A stretch of DNA of 63,873 bases, filler included, from Nitrospinae bacterium RIFCSPLOWO2_12_FULL_45_22 (GTDB lineage: Bacteria; 2-12-FULL-45-22): the NCBI GenBank assembly GCA_001803565.1. It is 6 parts of 6 records of this genome, joined end to end, with 100 filler letters (N's around TTAATTAATTAA, not from the genome) between each part and the next. Parts side by side here need not be neighbours in the genome. Positions count along the whole stretch, not along the records: positions 30,106 to 52,383 come from MHDQ01000205.1; 5 more parts are not named here. One strand, written 5' to 3'. The position numbers were made by a program, and so were the translations under genes. Within the stretch, counting starts at the first letter, position 1. Every line of letters starts with the position of its first letter. Below are positions 37,190 to 48,289 of this stretch, in pieces. A model generated the notes under the pieces. The model made no database searches, was not told the DNA's origin, and was given only the letters and a program-made list of their open reading frames with translations.

Positions 37190-39940
37190 TTAGGCGGCAC
37201 AGCATTTTTTATATTTCTTGCCACTGCCACAGGGGCATGGTTCATTACGGCCTACCTTGGGGCCAACTCTCCTGACGGGTTGGGGCGCCTGGCCATCACC
37301 CCCTCCGGCCCCTGCCGAAGCAGTGGCGAACTCGCCACGGTGCTCTATTATCCTTTGGCGGGCAGCCCGGCGGTGTTCCAGCGGTGCTTCTTGCTGGAGT
37401 TCTGCCTTAAAGAGATATTCTGTGGCTTCTTCTTTAATACGCTGCACCATGGCCATGAACATCTCATAGCCTTCTTTCTTATATTCATTCAGGGGGTCTC
37501 GCTGGCCATAACCCCGCAGCCCAATCCCTTCCTTCAAGTAGTCCATATTAAGGAGATGGTCTTTCCATTGAGTGTCTATGATCTGGAGCATAATCATCTT
37601 CTCCAGATGCCGTATCATAGCTTCACCGTAGCGCTTTTCTTTATTTTCGTACGTCCGTTGTAAGGCGTTAAGCAATGCCTCTCTTAAAGAGTCGCGCTTA
37701 AGCTGCCCGATAGGCAAAGGCCCATCCTTACGCCCGTCAAGGGAAATGGTATCTTTGGCCCGATCAAGGTTCAGCCGCAGGGCAAGCTTGTTCCACATAG
37801 TCTCTCTTAAGCCTTCCAGGTCCCATTCTTCCGGATGCATTTCAGAGTTTACGTAGACTACCAGGATATCATCCAACACCTCTTCCAGCATGGCAAAGAC
37901 TATCTCCTTTAATCCTCTTCCCTCCAGACATTGCCTACGTTGCTGGTAGATAACCTCCCGTTGTTTATTCATGACATCGTCATATTCTAATAAGTGTTTC
38001 CGGATGTCGAAATTATGAGCTTCTACTTTGCGCTGGGCATTCTCAATAGCCCGGGTTACCCATTTATGCTCTATAGGCTGACCATCTTCCATACCGAGCC
38101 TCTGCATCAGGCCTGAGAGTCGTTCCGAGCCGAAGATGCGTAAAAGATCATCTTCTAAAGATAGATAGAAGCGGGAAGAGCCCGGGTCGCCTTGTCGGCC
38201 AGCCCTACCCCGCAATTGGTTATCAATACGGCGGGCCTCATGCCTTTCGGTAGCTATGATATGTAAGCCGCCAGGGATTTCTCCCTCTATAGCAGTATCG
38301 TCCGAGTTATAGATAAGCTGTTTCGGTCTAATAACTTCTTCATGCTCCCGGGCACATATCCCTCGGTATTTGGGCAAAGTCTGCTGGTATTTATCCGGGT
38401 CTTTCTGGGGATCAGCTTCAGCCAGGGCCAGAAATTCAGGATTGCCACCCAAAAGGATATCCGTTCCCCGCCCAGCCATATTAGTGGCAATAGTAACGGC
38501 TTCTAGCCGGCCAGCCTGAGCTACTATCTCCGCCTCCCGCTCATGGTGCTTGGCGTTCAATACCTGGTGTTTTATGCCCCGGCGCTTTAACATCCGGCTG
38601 AGGAGCTCGGATTTTTCAATAGATATAGTTCCGACCAGGATGGGTCGGCCCAGGCGATGCAATTCCTCAATCTCTTTTACCACAGCATTGAACTTCTCTT
38701 TTTCTGTGCGGTAGATAACATCAGAGTAGTTGTAGCGGATCAAGAAGCGGTTAGTGGGGATAACTATCACATCCAGGCCGTAGATCTGGTGAAATTCGGC
38801 TGCCTCGGTCTCGGCGGTACCGGTCATACCGGCCAATTTATTATAGAGGCGAAAATAGTTCTGGAAGGTAATAGTAGCCAGGGTCTGGTTCTCATTAGCG
38901 ATATGTACCTTTTCCTTGGCTTCCAGTGCCTGGTGCAAACCATCACTATAGCGCCTTCCTGGCATTAAGCGACCGGTAAACTCATCCACAATAATTACTT
39001 CACCATTCTTTACTACATAATCCACATCTCTTTTAAATAGCGTATGGGACTTTAGTGCCTGCTGGACATGGTGTAATATTTCCATATTAGAAGGGTCATA
39101 GAGGTTTTCAACCGCCAGCAATCTCTCTGCCTTACCTACCCCTTCTTCTGAGAGACTAACGGTGCGGGCCTTCTCATCTATCTGGTAATCCTCTTCCCGC
39201 TTCAGCCTTGGTATAATCCTATCTATCTGATAATATTTTTCCGTAGACTCTTCTGCCAGCCCAGAGATGATTAATGGGGTGCGGGCCTCGTCAATAAGTA
39301 TACTATCTACCTCGTCTACTATGGCATAGTTCAATTCCCGCTGGACATAGTGTTCCAGAGAGAATTTCATATTATCCCGCAGATAATCGAAGCCGAACTC
39401 ATTATTAGTACCATAAGTTACATCGGCCAGGTAGGCCCCTTGGCGCTGCCGATCATCCATCTGGTGCTGAATAACCCCTACGGTCAGACCTAAAAATTTA
39501 TAGATCACACCCATCCATTCACTATCCCGCTTAGCCAGGTAGTCATTCACCGTTACTACATGAACCCCTCGACCAGTAAGGGCATTGAGATAGACAGGGA
39601 GAGTAGCTACCAGGGTCTTACCTTCTCCGGTAGCCATTTCAGCAATCTTACCTTCGTGCAACACTATACCCCCTAGCAACTGCACATCGAAATGCCTCAT
39701 GTCCAATACCCTACGGGAGGCTTCTCGAACCACAGCAAAGGCTTCGCAAAGAAGGGCCTCCAGGCCCTCACCTTTCTCGAAACGCTCTTTAAACTCACCG
39801 GTCTTTTGTTGGAGCTGATAATCGGAGAGCTTCTGGATATCCTTCTCCCACTGATTGATCTGGTCTGCGAGGGGCTGGATACGCTTTAATTCCCGCTCAT
39901 TCCGGCTCCCAACTATGCGTTTTACAAATTCCCAAAACAT
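37190..39940 (-). CDS. secA: Preprotein translocase subunit SecA
   Basis: [41 protein letters not shown] motif [18 protein letters not shown]. Confidence 0.98.
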   Translation of the reverse strand: MFWEFVKRIVGSRNERELKRIQPLADQINQWEKDIQKLSDYQLQQKTGEFKERFEKGEGLEALLCEAFAVVREASRRVLDMRHFDVQLLGGIVLHEGKIAEMATGEGKTLVATLPVYLNALTGRGVHVVTVNDYLAKRDSEWMGVIYKFLGLTVGVIQHQMDDRQRQGAYLADVTYGTNNEFGFDYLRDNMKFSLEHYVQRELNYAIVDEVDSILIDEARTPLIISGLAEESTEKYYQIDRIIPRLKREEDYQIDEKARTVSLSEEGVGKAERLLAVENLYDPSNMEILHHVQQALKSHTLFKRDVDYVVKNGEVIIVDEFTGRLMPGRRYSDGLHQALEAKEKVHIANENQTLATITFQNYFRLYNKLAGMTGTAETEAAEFHQIYGLDVIVIPTNRFLIRYNYSDVIYRTEKEKFNAVVKEIEELHRLGRPILVGTISIEKSELLSRMLKRRGIKHQVLNAKHHEREAEIVAQAGRLEAVTIATNMAGRGTDILLGGNPEFLALAEADPQKDPDKYQQTLPKYRGICAREHEEVIRPKQLIYNSDDTAIEGEIPGGLHIIATERHEARRIDNQLRGRAGRQGDPGSSRFYLSLEDDLLRIFGSERLSGLMQRLGMEDGQPIEHKWVTRAIENAQRKVEAHNFDIRKHLLEYDDVMNKQREVIYQQRRQCLEGRGLKEIVFAMLEEVLDDILVVYVNSEMHPEEWDLEGLRETMWNKLALRLNLDRAKDTISLDGRKDGPLPIGQLKRDSLREALLNALQRTYENKEKRYGEAMIRHLEKMIMLQIIDTQWKDHLLNMDYLKEGIGLRGYGQRDPLNEYKKEGYEMFMAMVQRIKEEATEYLFKAELQQEAPLEHRRAARQRIIEHRGEFATASAGAGGGDGQAPQPVRRVGPKVGRNEPCPCGSGKKYKKCCAA

Positions 39941-40015
39941 CGTCCCCTAGTCCCTTTATAAACCTGAATTTAGACCATATTCAATATTAATTAGTTGCCA
40001 CTGAAAAATGAGATC

Positions 40016-40351
40016 TCGAGCAAGCTCGCATGCTACAAGCAATTATTATTGAATTAACGCCCTTCGGGCGAGCTTTTTAGACAGGATTAACAGGATTTAC
40101 CAATTTTTCCCTGGAAAATACCTTCTTGTCAGGCTGGAAGCCTGACCTATTTTTCATGTCCTTTGTAAGCCAATAGCTCATGAGCGCTTCCTCGTATTTA
40201 TCCTGTTTCATCTGGTAAATCCTGTCAAAAAAGGAAATTGGTATGCGATTTACCTTCTTGGGATTGATACCCTGAAAAACCGCATTATTAAAATGGAAAT
40301 TCCTATGCAATTAAATTAGAAGCGAGATTTACTCGCTCTGGATTCAGGATA
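40016..40351. repeat. Cluster of short palindromic repeats and a second TATCCTG-family MITE-like element (40268-40351)
   Basis: CGAGCAAGCTCG; GACAGGATTAACAGGATTTAC ... GTAAATCCTGTC; GTCAGGCTGGAAGCCTGAC; TCGCTCTGGATTCAGGATA. Confidence 0.6.
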
Positions 40352-40886
40352 AAAATTTCACCCATTGAATTCGTCCTTAATTATAATATAAAATGTTCTA
40401 AAGTTTAAGAGATTGCTCTAACAAAATCTTGTTTTTTGCACGGAGAATATTTCTATTGGCTCAGGGTCCATGGAGTGAGGACTGCGGACAATTAACACTA
40501 TACCTGGTATAATAAAAATATCCCATATCCCGGAAACTATATGGACTACACAATAAAATACTAATTGCCTTATATGAAGCTCTGTTGGCAATATATTTAA
40601 CTTTTCTCATGGACTACATAGGAAATACAGTTGCTTAATTATATCCCTTTATGTCAATAATATCAATGGGTTAAGCCAATTTTATGCATATTTTTTCCGG
40701 AAAGCGGGCTATATATCACGTTATTTAACCCCATAGGAGGTGAATAGCAGTTTCATTCAACAACTTCTCCTCCCCAATTATCTTTTCAGGAAAAAGCTTA
40801 ATCGGTTCCTAATGCTTAAGGATCAAAGAAGAAAAAAAATCCACGGATTATAAAAATCTTTTAGTTGTATGGAGGCATTATGAATT

Positions 40887-43610
40887 ATGAGTAAGAAAGA
40901 GTTCTTTATAAATACTGTTCGTATGATTGATGTTGAAGGTAGCACAAACATACCTACCGTTCTATACTATAGGCCCAGGGCGTCGGTACTTATAGGCTCA
41001 TCGGCACTTGCAGAAGCCAAAAATCGCTACGAGATCAATGAAGATTTCAAGATTGATCTTGGCAATATTGATCCTAAATCCGAACCACCCAAAAAGTTTG
41101 ATACAGCAACTGGAGAAAGGGTATCAGCGCGTAAACTAACCCACGATTTTCTTCACGAGGTACTTAAGTATGTTAGCGAATGGTTAGAAAATAATGACGT
41201 CGCTAAGGGTACCAGCATCTTACTGGCTGAACCATTAGTGATGCAAACTGAATTAGTGGGTCCGGATTGGTTATCAAACTACCGTCGAAATCTCGAACGT
41301 ATCTTGGATGGAAAATTTGAAAAGATTGACTTTTTGCCGGAGCCATTTGCGGTATTCCAATACTACCGGTATGGGCTTAGACATCCTCTCGTAGCCGAGA
41401 GAACCAAACATTATGCCCTTGTTATGGACTTCGGGGGCGGTACATTTGACGTTTGCATAATAGAAACAACTAAGGAAGGAGATATCAGCCGAACCGGGAG
41501 TAATTCCAGGCCATTAGCAGCCTCGTCAGGGCCCATAGGAGGCTTTTATGTGAATCGGATGATCGCCCAGGAATTGTTTTGGAAATACCTGTTACCACAA
41601 AGCCGTAAGGACAAATTTAATAAAGGGCTAGAAGTCTACGGGAAGTGGCGCAAAGGCATAGACGACCTGTCCACGGCGGCTAACGAATACTGCAACTTCG
41701 TGAATAATTTTCATGAGACTATTTACAGGGTTGAGAATCCAAAGCTTACTTTATGCAAGAGCATTGTAAACTGGGGAATCGAATCCTTACTAACCGTTAA
41801 CGTCCCGATTGCCTTACCAGAAGACCCATTTTCTGCCACTGGCAAATTCATCAATGTGCAGTTTTCAGGGAGTGAACTTCGCAACATATTTGTTAGTAAG
41901 GTGTGGGAACCACGCCTCAAACATATTATTCGCCAAGCACTTCAACGTGGCAAAGAAGAACTTTGTGGTGCACCAATTTCAGTCGTACTCCTCTCTGGAG
42001 GATCAGCCAATATTGGCTGGCTTAGAGAACTTTTACAGCGCGATTTTGCAGGTGAATTGGGCGATGCCGAAATATTGCGCTTACCCGATTTTCAAGAAGT
42101 CGTTACCAAGGGTTTGGCAGTAGAGTGTGCTAGGAGGTTTCATAATCAAGGGGGGGACTTTTCCTCGGTCACCTATAATCGACTTTGCCTTATTCTGGAT
42201 GCCGACCGCTCGGTTTATCAGCCTCAGTGCTTTAGAGCTAGAGTGGAAGGTCTGCCTAACGTGACCGATATGCCCGGTGTTTTACTCCCCTCTGCGAGTA
42301 TCCTGCGAAGTTTTATTGATAAACCAATGAGGTGGCGAGTTAAGCTGGATCATCCACCCCGTCAGCAACTAGATTACTATTTCCTTCGGTCTAGCTTTGA
42401 CCCGAATGATCATGAAAACCTGCAAAATATAGAGGAGCACATAGTCTACACCCCACTTAACTGTCCCTTCGATGCAGCTTTGCAAGTGGAACTTATCGTC
42501 AAACATGACGGCACTGCTATGCCGACATTCATATACAAGAGCGGACGTACTGAAGCAGAAACCATCGCACTTAAAGGCAAGCCGTTCTATCTCGATATGA
42601 CATACACCCAGACAGCAGCAACCTCTAAGGCATACATTGGCCTAGATTTCGGCACTAGCAACACATCAATCTCATTCGTTGATGAATCGTCCATCCAGAT
42701 TTACCGAAAACGGGCAGTGGAAAAGTCATGGAAGGAACTGAGTGATCTTGTTTCCACTCTCCCCTACCCTTTAGCTGTACCATTGGCCCTGTACCTAAGT
42801 CAGGTTGATCAGGCCAAGCTTGTAAAACAGGCCTTCGAATTCATCGAGGCTGCACTTACAATGGCCGCTTACGTGGCATATTTGGATTTTTGTTTAAATA
42901 AAACAGAGGGCGAATCAAGACTTTTTAAGGGTTTCACACAGAGGTCAGCCGGGCCACTATGGGCCTTAATCAATGACTGTCTTAGTAAGTTGGGAAATAA
43001 TGCTGTCATCTCTTGCCCTTTTCAAGAACTCTTGAACCCTGAATTTCACCAACCGCTCAATGATGCTGTAACTTTCTTTGCATCGTATAAGCACGGCAAG
43101 GTCAGAGAAACCGAATTAGACATTCTCAGAGTAGTGCAAATATTAGCAAACATCAGCCAAAAAGTATTTGCGACCCATGTCTTCGGATTTTTTGAGAACG
43201 TCTCCAAACAGAGATTCGGGAGCGAGCATCACGGTATATTTCGGCATGCATGTGGCCCTCCTCCGTTCTTCAAATTCTCCCAATATCGAGGCCCTTATAC
43301 GTTCTCAGAGGACGAGCCATTTTTGCTGAATTTGGACAAGTGCACTGCTTTGCCTCTTCAGCCTTTGATCTTTTGGGACCGTTGCAATAAACATCCTGAT
43401 GTTGATATTGGTCATTGCTACCTCTTCGATATACCAGAAAAAGGCAAAGGCCAATACTCGTTTAAGGCAGTTGGGTATCCGTGCAGTTGCCAGGTTTCGG
43501 TTACAAACCAATATCGCGCTTTAGCAGAGAAGCTAGAAGAGTATAGAGAGCGCGACTCAAAGGCCACACTTTTGCAAGTAGGTTCCGTTGAAGATATCCT
43601 AGGAGGATGA
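40887..43610 (+). CDS. Hsp70/actin-like ATPase domain protein with permuted motif order and a C-terminal domain of unknown function
   Basis: IPTVLYY near the N-terminus, LPEPFA, DFGGGTFD (aa ~181), LLSGGSAN, VTKGLA, and YIGLDFGTSNT at aa 583. Confidence 0.8.
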   Translation: MSKKEFFINTVRMIDVEGSTNIPTVLYYRPRASVLIGSSALAEAKNRYEINEDFKIDLGNIDPKSEPPKKFDTATGERVSARKLTHDFLHEVLKYVSEWLENNDVAKGTSILLAEPLVMQTELVGPDWLSNYRRNLERILDGKFEKIDFLPEPFAVFQYYRYGLRHPLVAERTKHYALVMDFGGGTFDVCIIETTKEGDISRTGSNSRPLAASSGPIGGFYVNRMIAQELFWKYLLPQSRKDKFNKGLEVYGKWRKGIDDLSTAANEYCNFVNNFHETIYRVENPKLTLCKSIVNWGIESLLTVNVPIALPEDPFSATGKFINVQFSGSELRNIFVSKVWEPRLKHIIRQALQRGKEELCGAPISVVLLSGGSANIGWLRELLQRDFAGELGDAEILRLPDFQEVVTKGLAVECARRFHNQGGDFSSVTYNRLCLILDADRSVYQPQCFRARVEGLPNVTDMPGVLLPSASILRSFIDKPMRWRVKLDHPPRQQLDYYFLRSSFDPNDHENLQNIEEHIVYTPLNCPFDAALQVELIVKHDGTAMPTFIYKSGRTEAETIALKGKPFYLDMTYTQTAATSKAYIGLDFGTSNTSISFVDESSIQIYRKRAVEKSWKELSDLVSTLPYPLAVPLALYLSQVDQAKLVKQAFEFIEAALTMAAYVAYLDFCLNKTEGESRLFKGFTQRSAGPLWALINDCLSKLGNNAVISCPFQELLNPEFHQPLNDAVTFFASYKHGKVRETELDILRVVQILANISQKVFATHVFGFFENVSKQRFGSEHHGIFRHACGPPPFFKFSQYRGPYTFSEDEPFLLNLDKCTALPLQPLIFWDRCNKHPDVDIGHCYLFDIPEKGKGQYSFKAVGYPCSCQVSVTNQYRALAEKLEEYRERDSKATLLQVGSVEDILGG

Positions 43611-43728
43611 GGAAGGTAGACTTGTTGGTAATACAAGCCCAACTTCCATCCTGCTTAACAGAAGGATGCGTAGGCTTAGTGAGTCTTAGTCCTCAACTAT
43701 TCACAAATAGTAGGATTGAGGGCTTAGT

Positions 43729-44031
43729 ATGAAGATAGTTAAATCAAAAAACGGCATACCTATCCGATTATCGGAAGAGAGATGGATTCATATTACTGAA
43801 GAGCATTCAGAAATGGCCGGTTATTATTTTGAGGTTCTTGAAACCGTTCAAGAACCAGAGGCACTTTATGAAGGCGAGGCCGAAGAGTTGCTTGCACTCA
43901 AAGAAATTGAGTCCGGGAAATATTTGATTGTCGTGTACAAAGAGGTGAACAAAGAGGATGGATTTATCATTACAGCTTTCTTGACCAGGAGGATTAAGCA
44001 AATCGAAAGGAGGATAAAGCTATGGCCTTGA
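43729..44031 (+). CDS. DUF4258-like putative toxin
   Basis: RLSEERWIHITEEH...LIVVYKE...FIITAF; overlaps a DUF2283 gene. Confidence 0.7.
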   Translation: MKIVKSKNGIPIRLSEERWIHITEEHSEMAGYYFEVLETVQEPEALYEGEAEELLALKEIESGKYLIVVYKEVNKEDGFIITAFLTRRIKQIERRIKLWP

Positions 44032-44261
44032 TAAATGTGAAAGATATCCTCAACCTTACTCCCCAATTGTTAAGTATACCTTTTAATCGCATCTGGTATA
44101 GTTATGATGAGGAGGCAGATGTCCTGTATTTAAACTTTAAAAAGCCCAGCCATGCTGATGATAGCGAGCTCACTGATGACGATATTATCATCAGATATGA
44201 GGAGGGGGAAGTGATAGGCATTACGGTCCTTCATGCGAGTAAAAGAAAAGAGGCAATATAA
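44022..44261 (+). CDS. DUF2283-family protein (putative antitoxin)
   Basis: YDEEADVLYLNF...DDIIIRYEEGEVIGITVLHAS. Confidence 0.85.
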   Translation: MALINVKDILNLTPQLLSIPFNRIWYSYDEEADVLYLNFKKPSHADDSELTDDDIIIRYEEGEVIGITVLHASKRKEAI

Positions 44262-44353
44262 TTTAAATTTTTTTGACATGGAAAGGGAAATCGGTAATAT
44301 TATTAATGCCAATTTCTCTGGAAATCCAAGCAAGAAGATTAATGGCTGGTAAT

Positions 44354-44628
44354 GGCCGTGCTAGGTGGGGAGGTAGCGGTGCCCTGTAACCCGTAATCCG
44401 CTATAACGGGACTGAATCCCCTTTTCAGCGGCTCGGCTTCTTTCAGGGTCGGGTCTCTGGGTAAGTGGTGTTGACAACTGGGTCTTGTACAATAAGGACT
44501 TGCGAACCCCGTCAGGTCCGGGAGGAAGCAGCGGTAAGCAGGCACCCTTAGTTGCTGCAAGGGAGCCTGGTTCGAGCTAACTGCTCAGGAAGCGCCTGGG
44601 AGAGAGAGTCAATGAGGGGTGCACGGCC
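44354..44628 (+). ncRNA. ffs: Signal recognition particle RNA, large bacterial type with Alu domain
   Basis: Terminal stem GGCCGTGC/GCACGGCC; 5' GGGGAGGTAGCGGTGCCCTGT; helix 8 GTCAGGTCCGGGAGGAAGCAGC; lies upstream of dnaX. Confidence 0.93.
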
Positions 44629-44651
44629 TTTCTTATGAGGGAAATCAAGAA

Positions 44652-46283
44652 TTGAGCTACTTAGTTACTGCAAGGAAATGGCGGCCGCAACGCTTTGAAG
44701 AGGTAGTAGGCCAAAACCATGTTTGTCAAACCCTTAAAAATGCTATAGCCGCCGGTAGGATTGCCCATGCCTATCTCTTTGCTGGTACCCGCGGGGTTGG
44801 TAAGACTACTACTGCCCGGATATTAGCTAAGGCTTTGAATTGCCTGGCAGGGCCCAGTCCTACTCCCTGTAACCAATGTGTCATGTGCCAGGAAATATCC
44901 CAGGGTAATTCCATAGATGTGCTGGAGATAGATGGCGCTTCCAATAGAGGGATAGATGAAGTTAGAGAACTGCGGGAAAATGTGAAATATGTGCCCGCAA
45001 GGGGCCGCTATAAAATCTATATTATAGATGAAGTCCATATGCTGACCAAGGAAGCCTTTAATGCCCTATTAAAAACATTGGAAGAACCTCCAGCACATGT
45101 TATCTTTATCCTTGCTACTACTGAGCCCCATAAGGTGCCTAATACTATCCTGTCCCGCTGTCAGCGTTTCTATCTGAAGCTAGTTCAAGTATCCGATATT
45201 GCGGGCCGACTGGAATTAATTGCCCGCGAGGAAGGGATCGGTATAGGGGAAGATGGTCTTATACAGATTGCCCGGAAGGCACAGGGAAGTATCCGTGATG
45301 CCCAGAGTTTCCTGGACCTGGTGGTATCTTATGCTGGACGAGAAATAAAAAAAGAGGATATAGAGAGTATCCTGGGCGGGATTGATCTAGAGCTTATTCA
45401 CGCTATTGTGGAAGGTGTTGCAGATAAAGACCCGTCTCTGGTATTAGAATTAGCCCAACACCTCTCCCAGGCCCAACATGAGCTGAAAGATTTTTGCTAT
45501 GAATTTGCTAATTATATTAGAAACCTGGTTATCTTGAAGGTAACTCAAGCGCCAGAAAAGTTGATCCATTGGCCCCAAGCTGAACTTGCCCGGATAAAGA
45601 CCCAAAGCCAACGCTTCAATCTGGAAGAATTAAACCTTCTCTTTAACATCCTGTTAGAACTAGACAAGAATATCCGGGTAGCTTCCAACCCCCACATCTC
45701 CTTAGAAATGGCCCTGGTAAAGATGACTATGGTTAAGCCGGTGCGTCCGCTAGAAGATATTATTGAGCGAATAGCTAACCTGGAGCGAAAATTAGCCGCA
45801 AACCAGGGATCAGTTGTCAGAGGTCAGGGAGCAGATGTCCTGATCCCTGATCTCCGATCCTCAATCCCCGATCCCCAACCTCCGATCCCTGATCCCGGTT
45901 CTATACCCCCAGAAGAGGGCGAACTGAATCAGCTATGGGAAAGAATCAAAGGGATAGTTGCGCAGGATAAAGCCCCGCTAGCACCGTTCCTGGATTATAT
46001 AATCCCGAAAGAATTAAATGATAAGCATCTGGTCCTGGAATTAGATAAGAAGTATGAGTTTTATTTCAAGGATGAGCCTCACAAAAAAGAGATCATTAAA
46101 AAAGCGGCCTTTAAGGTCACAGGAAAAATGGTGGAGCCCCGGTTCCTAGTCTTGGAAAATAAAAAGGGTCAAGGGCAAGAGAGCGAAACAAAAGAGAGTA
46201 AACTAGATATATTACAAGAAGCCATGAAAATATTTGGCGGCCAGATTTTAAAGGATACAGGACACAGACTGAGTGAGGAGTAA
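44652..46283 (+). CDS. dnaX: DNA polymerase III subunit gamma/tau (TTG start)
   Basis: ARKWRPQRFEEVVGQ, GTRGVGKTT, EIDGASN, IIDEVHML, SRC. The ORF-track start at 44619 lies inside the SRP RNA. Confidence 0.95.
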   Translation: MSYLVTARKWRPQRFEEVVGQNHVCQTLKNAIAAGRIAHAYLFAGTRGVGKTTTARILAKALNCLAGPSPTPCNQCVMCQEISQGNSIDVLEIDGASNRGIDEVRELRENVKYVPARGRYKIYIIDEVHMLTKEAFNALLKTLEEPPAHVIFILATTEPHKVPNTILSRCQRFYLKLVQVSDIAGRLELIAREEGIGIGEDGLIQIARKAQGSIRDAQSFLDLVVSYAGREIKKEDIESILGGIDLELIHAIVEGVADKDPSLVLELAQHLSQAQHELKDFCYEFANYIRNLVILKVTQAPEKLIHWPQAELARIKTQSQRFNLEELNLLFNILLELDKNIRVASNPHISLEMALVKMTMVKPVRPLEDIIERIANLERKLAANQGSVVRGQGADVLIPDLRSSIPDPQPPIPDPGSIPPEEGELNQLWERIKGIVAQDKAPLAPFLDYIIPKELNDKHLVLELDKKYEFYFKDEPHKKEIIKKAAFKVTGKMVEPRFLVLENKKGQGQESETKESKLDILQEAMKIFGGQILKDTGHRLSEE

Positions 46284-46347
46284 GCCGTGAGCAGTAACTC
46301 CTTACTGCTTACTACCTAGAACCTAGAACACAAGTGGAGGTGAAAAG

Positions 46348-46662
46348 ATGGCCAAGGGAATCGGCAATATTTTCAAACAAGCCCAGGTCATGCAGCAGAA
46401 GCTTTTAGAGCTGCAAGATAAGATGGGTGAAAACAAAGTAGAGGCTACTGCGGGCGGTGGTATGGTGACGGTAGTAGCTAACGGGAAGCAAGAAGTCCTC
46501 TCTATCAAAATAGACCCTAGTGTTATAGATCCAACCGATTTAGAGATGCTGGAGGACCTAGTTTGCGCGGCGGTAAATGAGGCACTGAGGAAAGCACGGG
46601 AAATGGTTACCGAAGAAATGGGTAAACTGACGGGGGGAATAAAGATTCCCGGCCTCTTCTAA
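46348..46662 (+). CDS. ybaB: YbaB/EbfC nucleoid-associated protein
   Basis: AGGGMVTV, LEDLVCAAVNEA; sits between dnaX and recR. Confidence 0.95.
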   Translation: MAKGIGNIFKQAQVMQQKLLELQDKMGENKVEATAGGGMVTVVANGKQEVLSIKIDPSVIDPTDLEMLEDLVCAAVNEALRKAREMVTEEMGKLTGGIKIPGLF

Positions 46663-46674
46663 TTATAAATATTT

Positions 46675-47271
46675 ATGGAGCTACCACCTTCCCTGGTAAA
46701 ATTAGTAGAAGCCCTTAGACGGCTCCCCGGTATAGGGCCTAAGAGTGCTCAGCGGCTAGCCTTTTTTATCTTAAAAAACCCCAAAAAAGATGCCGAGACC
46801 CTGGCTAAAGCTATCCTGGATATAAAAGAAAAGATACGCCATTGTAACATCTGCTATGCTATAACCGAAGGAGACCCTTGCCCTATCTGCCGATCTCCTT
46901 CAAGGGCAAAGGAGACCATATGTGTAGTGGAGGAACCAAGCGATATACTGGCTATAGAGAAGAGCCGTGGCTATAAAGGCTCTTATCATGTACTCCAGGG
47001 ACACCTCTCCCCTTTGAATGGTATTGGCCCAGAGCAATTAAAGATCGCAGAGTTGATAGCCAGATTAAAGTCAGGTGAGGTTAAAGAGCTTATCATTGCT
47101 ACTAACCCCAATCTCGAAGGGGAGACTACTGCTATGTACTTAGCTAAGCTGGTTAAACCCTTAGGTATAAAAGTAACCCGTTTAGCCAGGGGCTTACCGG
47201 TAGGGGGGGATATAGAATACGCTGATGAGATAACCTTATCCAAATCCCTGGAGGGCCGCCAGGAGATCTGA
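46675..47271 (+). CDS. recR: Recombination mediator RecR
   Basis: LPGIGPKSAQRLAF, C4 zinc finger, ICVVE, YHVL, EGETTA. Confidence 0.97.
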   Translation: MELPPSLVKLVEALRRLPGIGPKSAQRLAFFILKNPKKDAETLAKAILDIKEKIRHCNICYAITEGDPCPICRSPSRAKETICVVEEPSDILAIEKSRGYKGSYHVLQGHLSPLNGIGPEQLKIAELIARLKSGEVKELIIATNPNLEGETTAMYLAKLVKPLGIKVTRLARGLPVGGDIEYADEITLSKSLEGRQEI

Positions 47272-47288
47272 AATAAGGAGATAAAAGA

Positions 47289-48227
47289 GTGAGGTTTTTA
47301 GTTACTGGGGGAGCGGGATTTATTGGTTCGCACTTAACAGAATGGCTCTTAGAACAAGGGTATCTTGTTCGGGTACTGGATAATTTCAGTACCGGTAAGC
47401 AGGAAAATCTGGCCGGTTGCCGACAACGGTTTAACAAGGTGGAAATCTTAGAAGGTGATCTCAGGGATTTGGAGACTACTCGGCTGGCTTGCCAGGGTAG
47501 GGCTGGTATATTTCATTTAGGCGCCTTGCCTTCTGTAAGCCGCTCCCTGGAAAATCCTAGAGAAACAACGGAAATAAATATACTGGGGACTATTAATCTG
47601 CTTATCAGCGCTCGGGAAGCGGGAGTAAAAAGGGTTATCTTTGCCTCCTCTTCGTCGGTTTATGGTAACACTCCCCGACTACCTAAAAAGGAAGATATGA
47701 CTCCTAATCCCTTATCTCCTTATGCAGTAACCAAGCTAGCCGGTGAGGAATATTGCCGGATCTTTTATCGCACTTTTGGTCTGGAGACGGTTATTCTCAG
47801 ATATTTTAATGTCTTTGGTCCCTGCCAGGACCCTGCTTCTCCTTATGCCGCGGTGATACCCAAATTTATCCGCCTGGCTTTACAACAAAGGCCCCTAACA
47901 GTGTATGGTGATGGTAACCAGAGTAGAGATTTTTCTTACGTGGACAACGTGGTCTCCGCTAATATGCTAGCCTGGTCAGCTAAGGATGCTAGCGGTCAGG
48001 CATATAATATTGGCTGTGGCGAGCGCTTTACCCTTAATCATTTAATCAATGAATTGCGCGAGGCCTTAGGGATTAATTTGGAAGCCCATTACCTGGAGCC
48101 CCGGCCAGGTGATGTCAGACACTCTTATGCCGATATTTCCAGGGCCATGCAGCTTCTGGGGTACCGGCCGAAGGTAAAATTCCCTGAAGGGCTGAGATAT
48201 ACTATCCAGTATTTACGTAAGGCGTGA
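47289..48227 (+). CDS. NAD-dependent sugar epimerase/dehydratase (SDR)
   Basis: [31 protein letters not shown]. Confidence 0.9.
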   Translation: MRFLVTGGAGFIGSHLTEWLLEQGYLVRVLDNFSTGKQENLAGCRQRFNKVEILEGDLRDLETTRLACQGRAGIFHLGALPSVSRSLENPRETTEINILGTINLLISAREAGVKRVIFASSSSVYGNTPRLPKKEDMTPNPLSPYAVTKLAGEEYCRIFYRTFGLETVILRYFNVFGPCQDPASPYAAVIPKFIRLALQQRPLTVYGDGNQSRDFSYVDNVVSANMLAWSAKDASGQAYNIGCGERFTLNHLINELREALGINLEAHYLEPRPGDVRHSYADISRAMQLLGYRPKVKFPEGLRYTIQYLRKA

Positions 48228-48289
48228 GTAGTAAGTGGTGAGGAGTTACCCCTCACCACTTACTACTTACCCCTAGCTTCTCACCATAT

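Noticed and set aside
40077-40310. ORF ending in NPVNPV, and ORF 48253..48447 (HHRVHR)
   Set aside because: Translations of nonamer repeat or MITE DNA.
40540-40630. ATGGACTACA direct repeat upstream of the Hsp70-like gene
   Set aside because: Only two short copies; cannot distinguish an operator or att arm from chance.
43637-43675. GCCCAAC..hairpin..GTAGGC after the Hsp70-like gene, resembling an attC
   Set aside because: Only ~39 bp and lacks the GTT core; too weak to call the gene a cassette.
44339-44651. ORF 44339..44560 (-) and the extended dnaX start at 44619
   Set aside because: Both overlap the SRP RNA; they are shadow ORFs.
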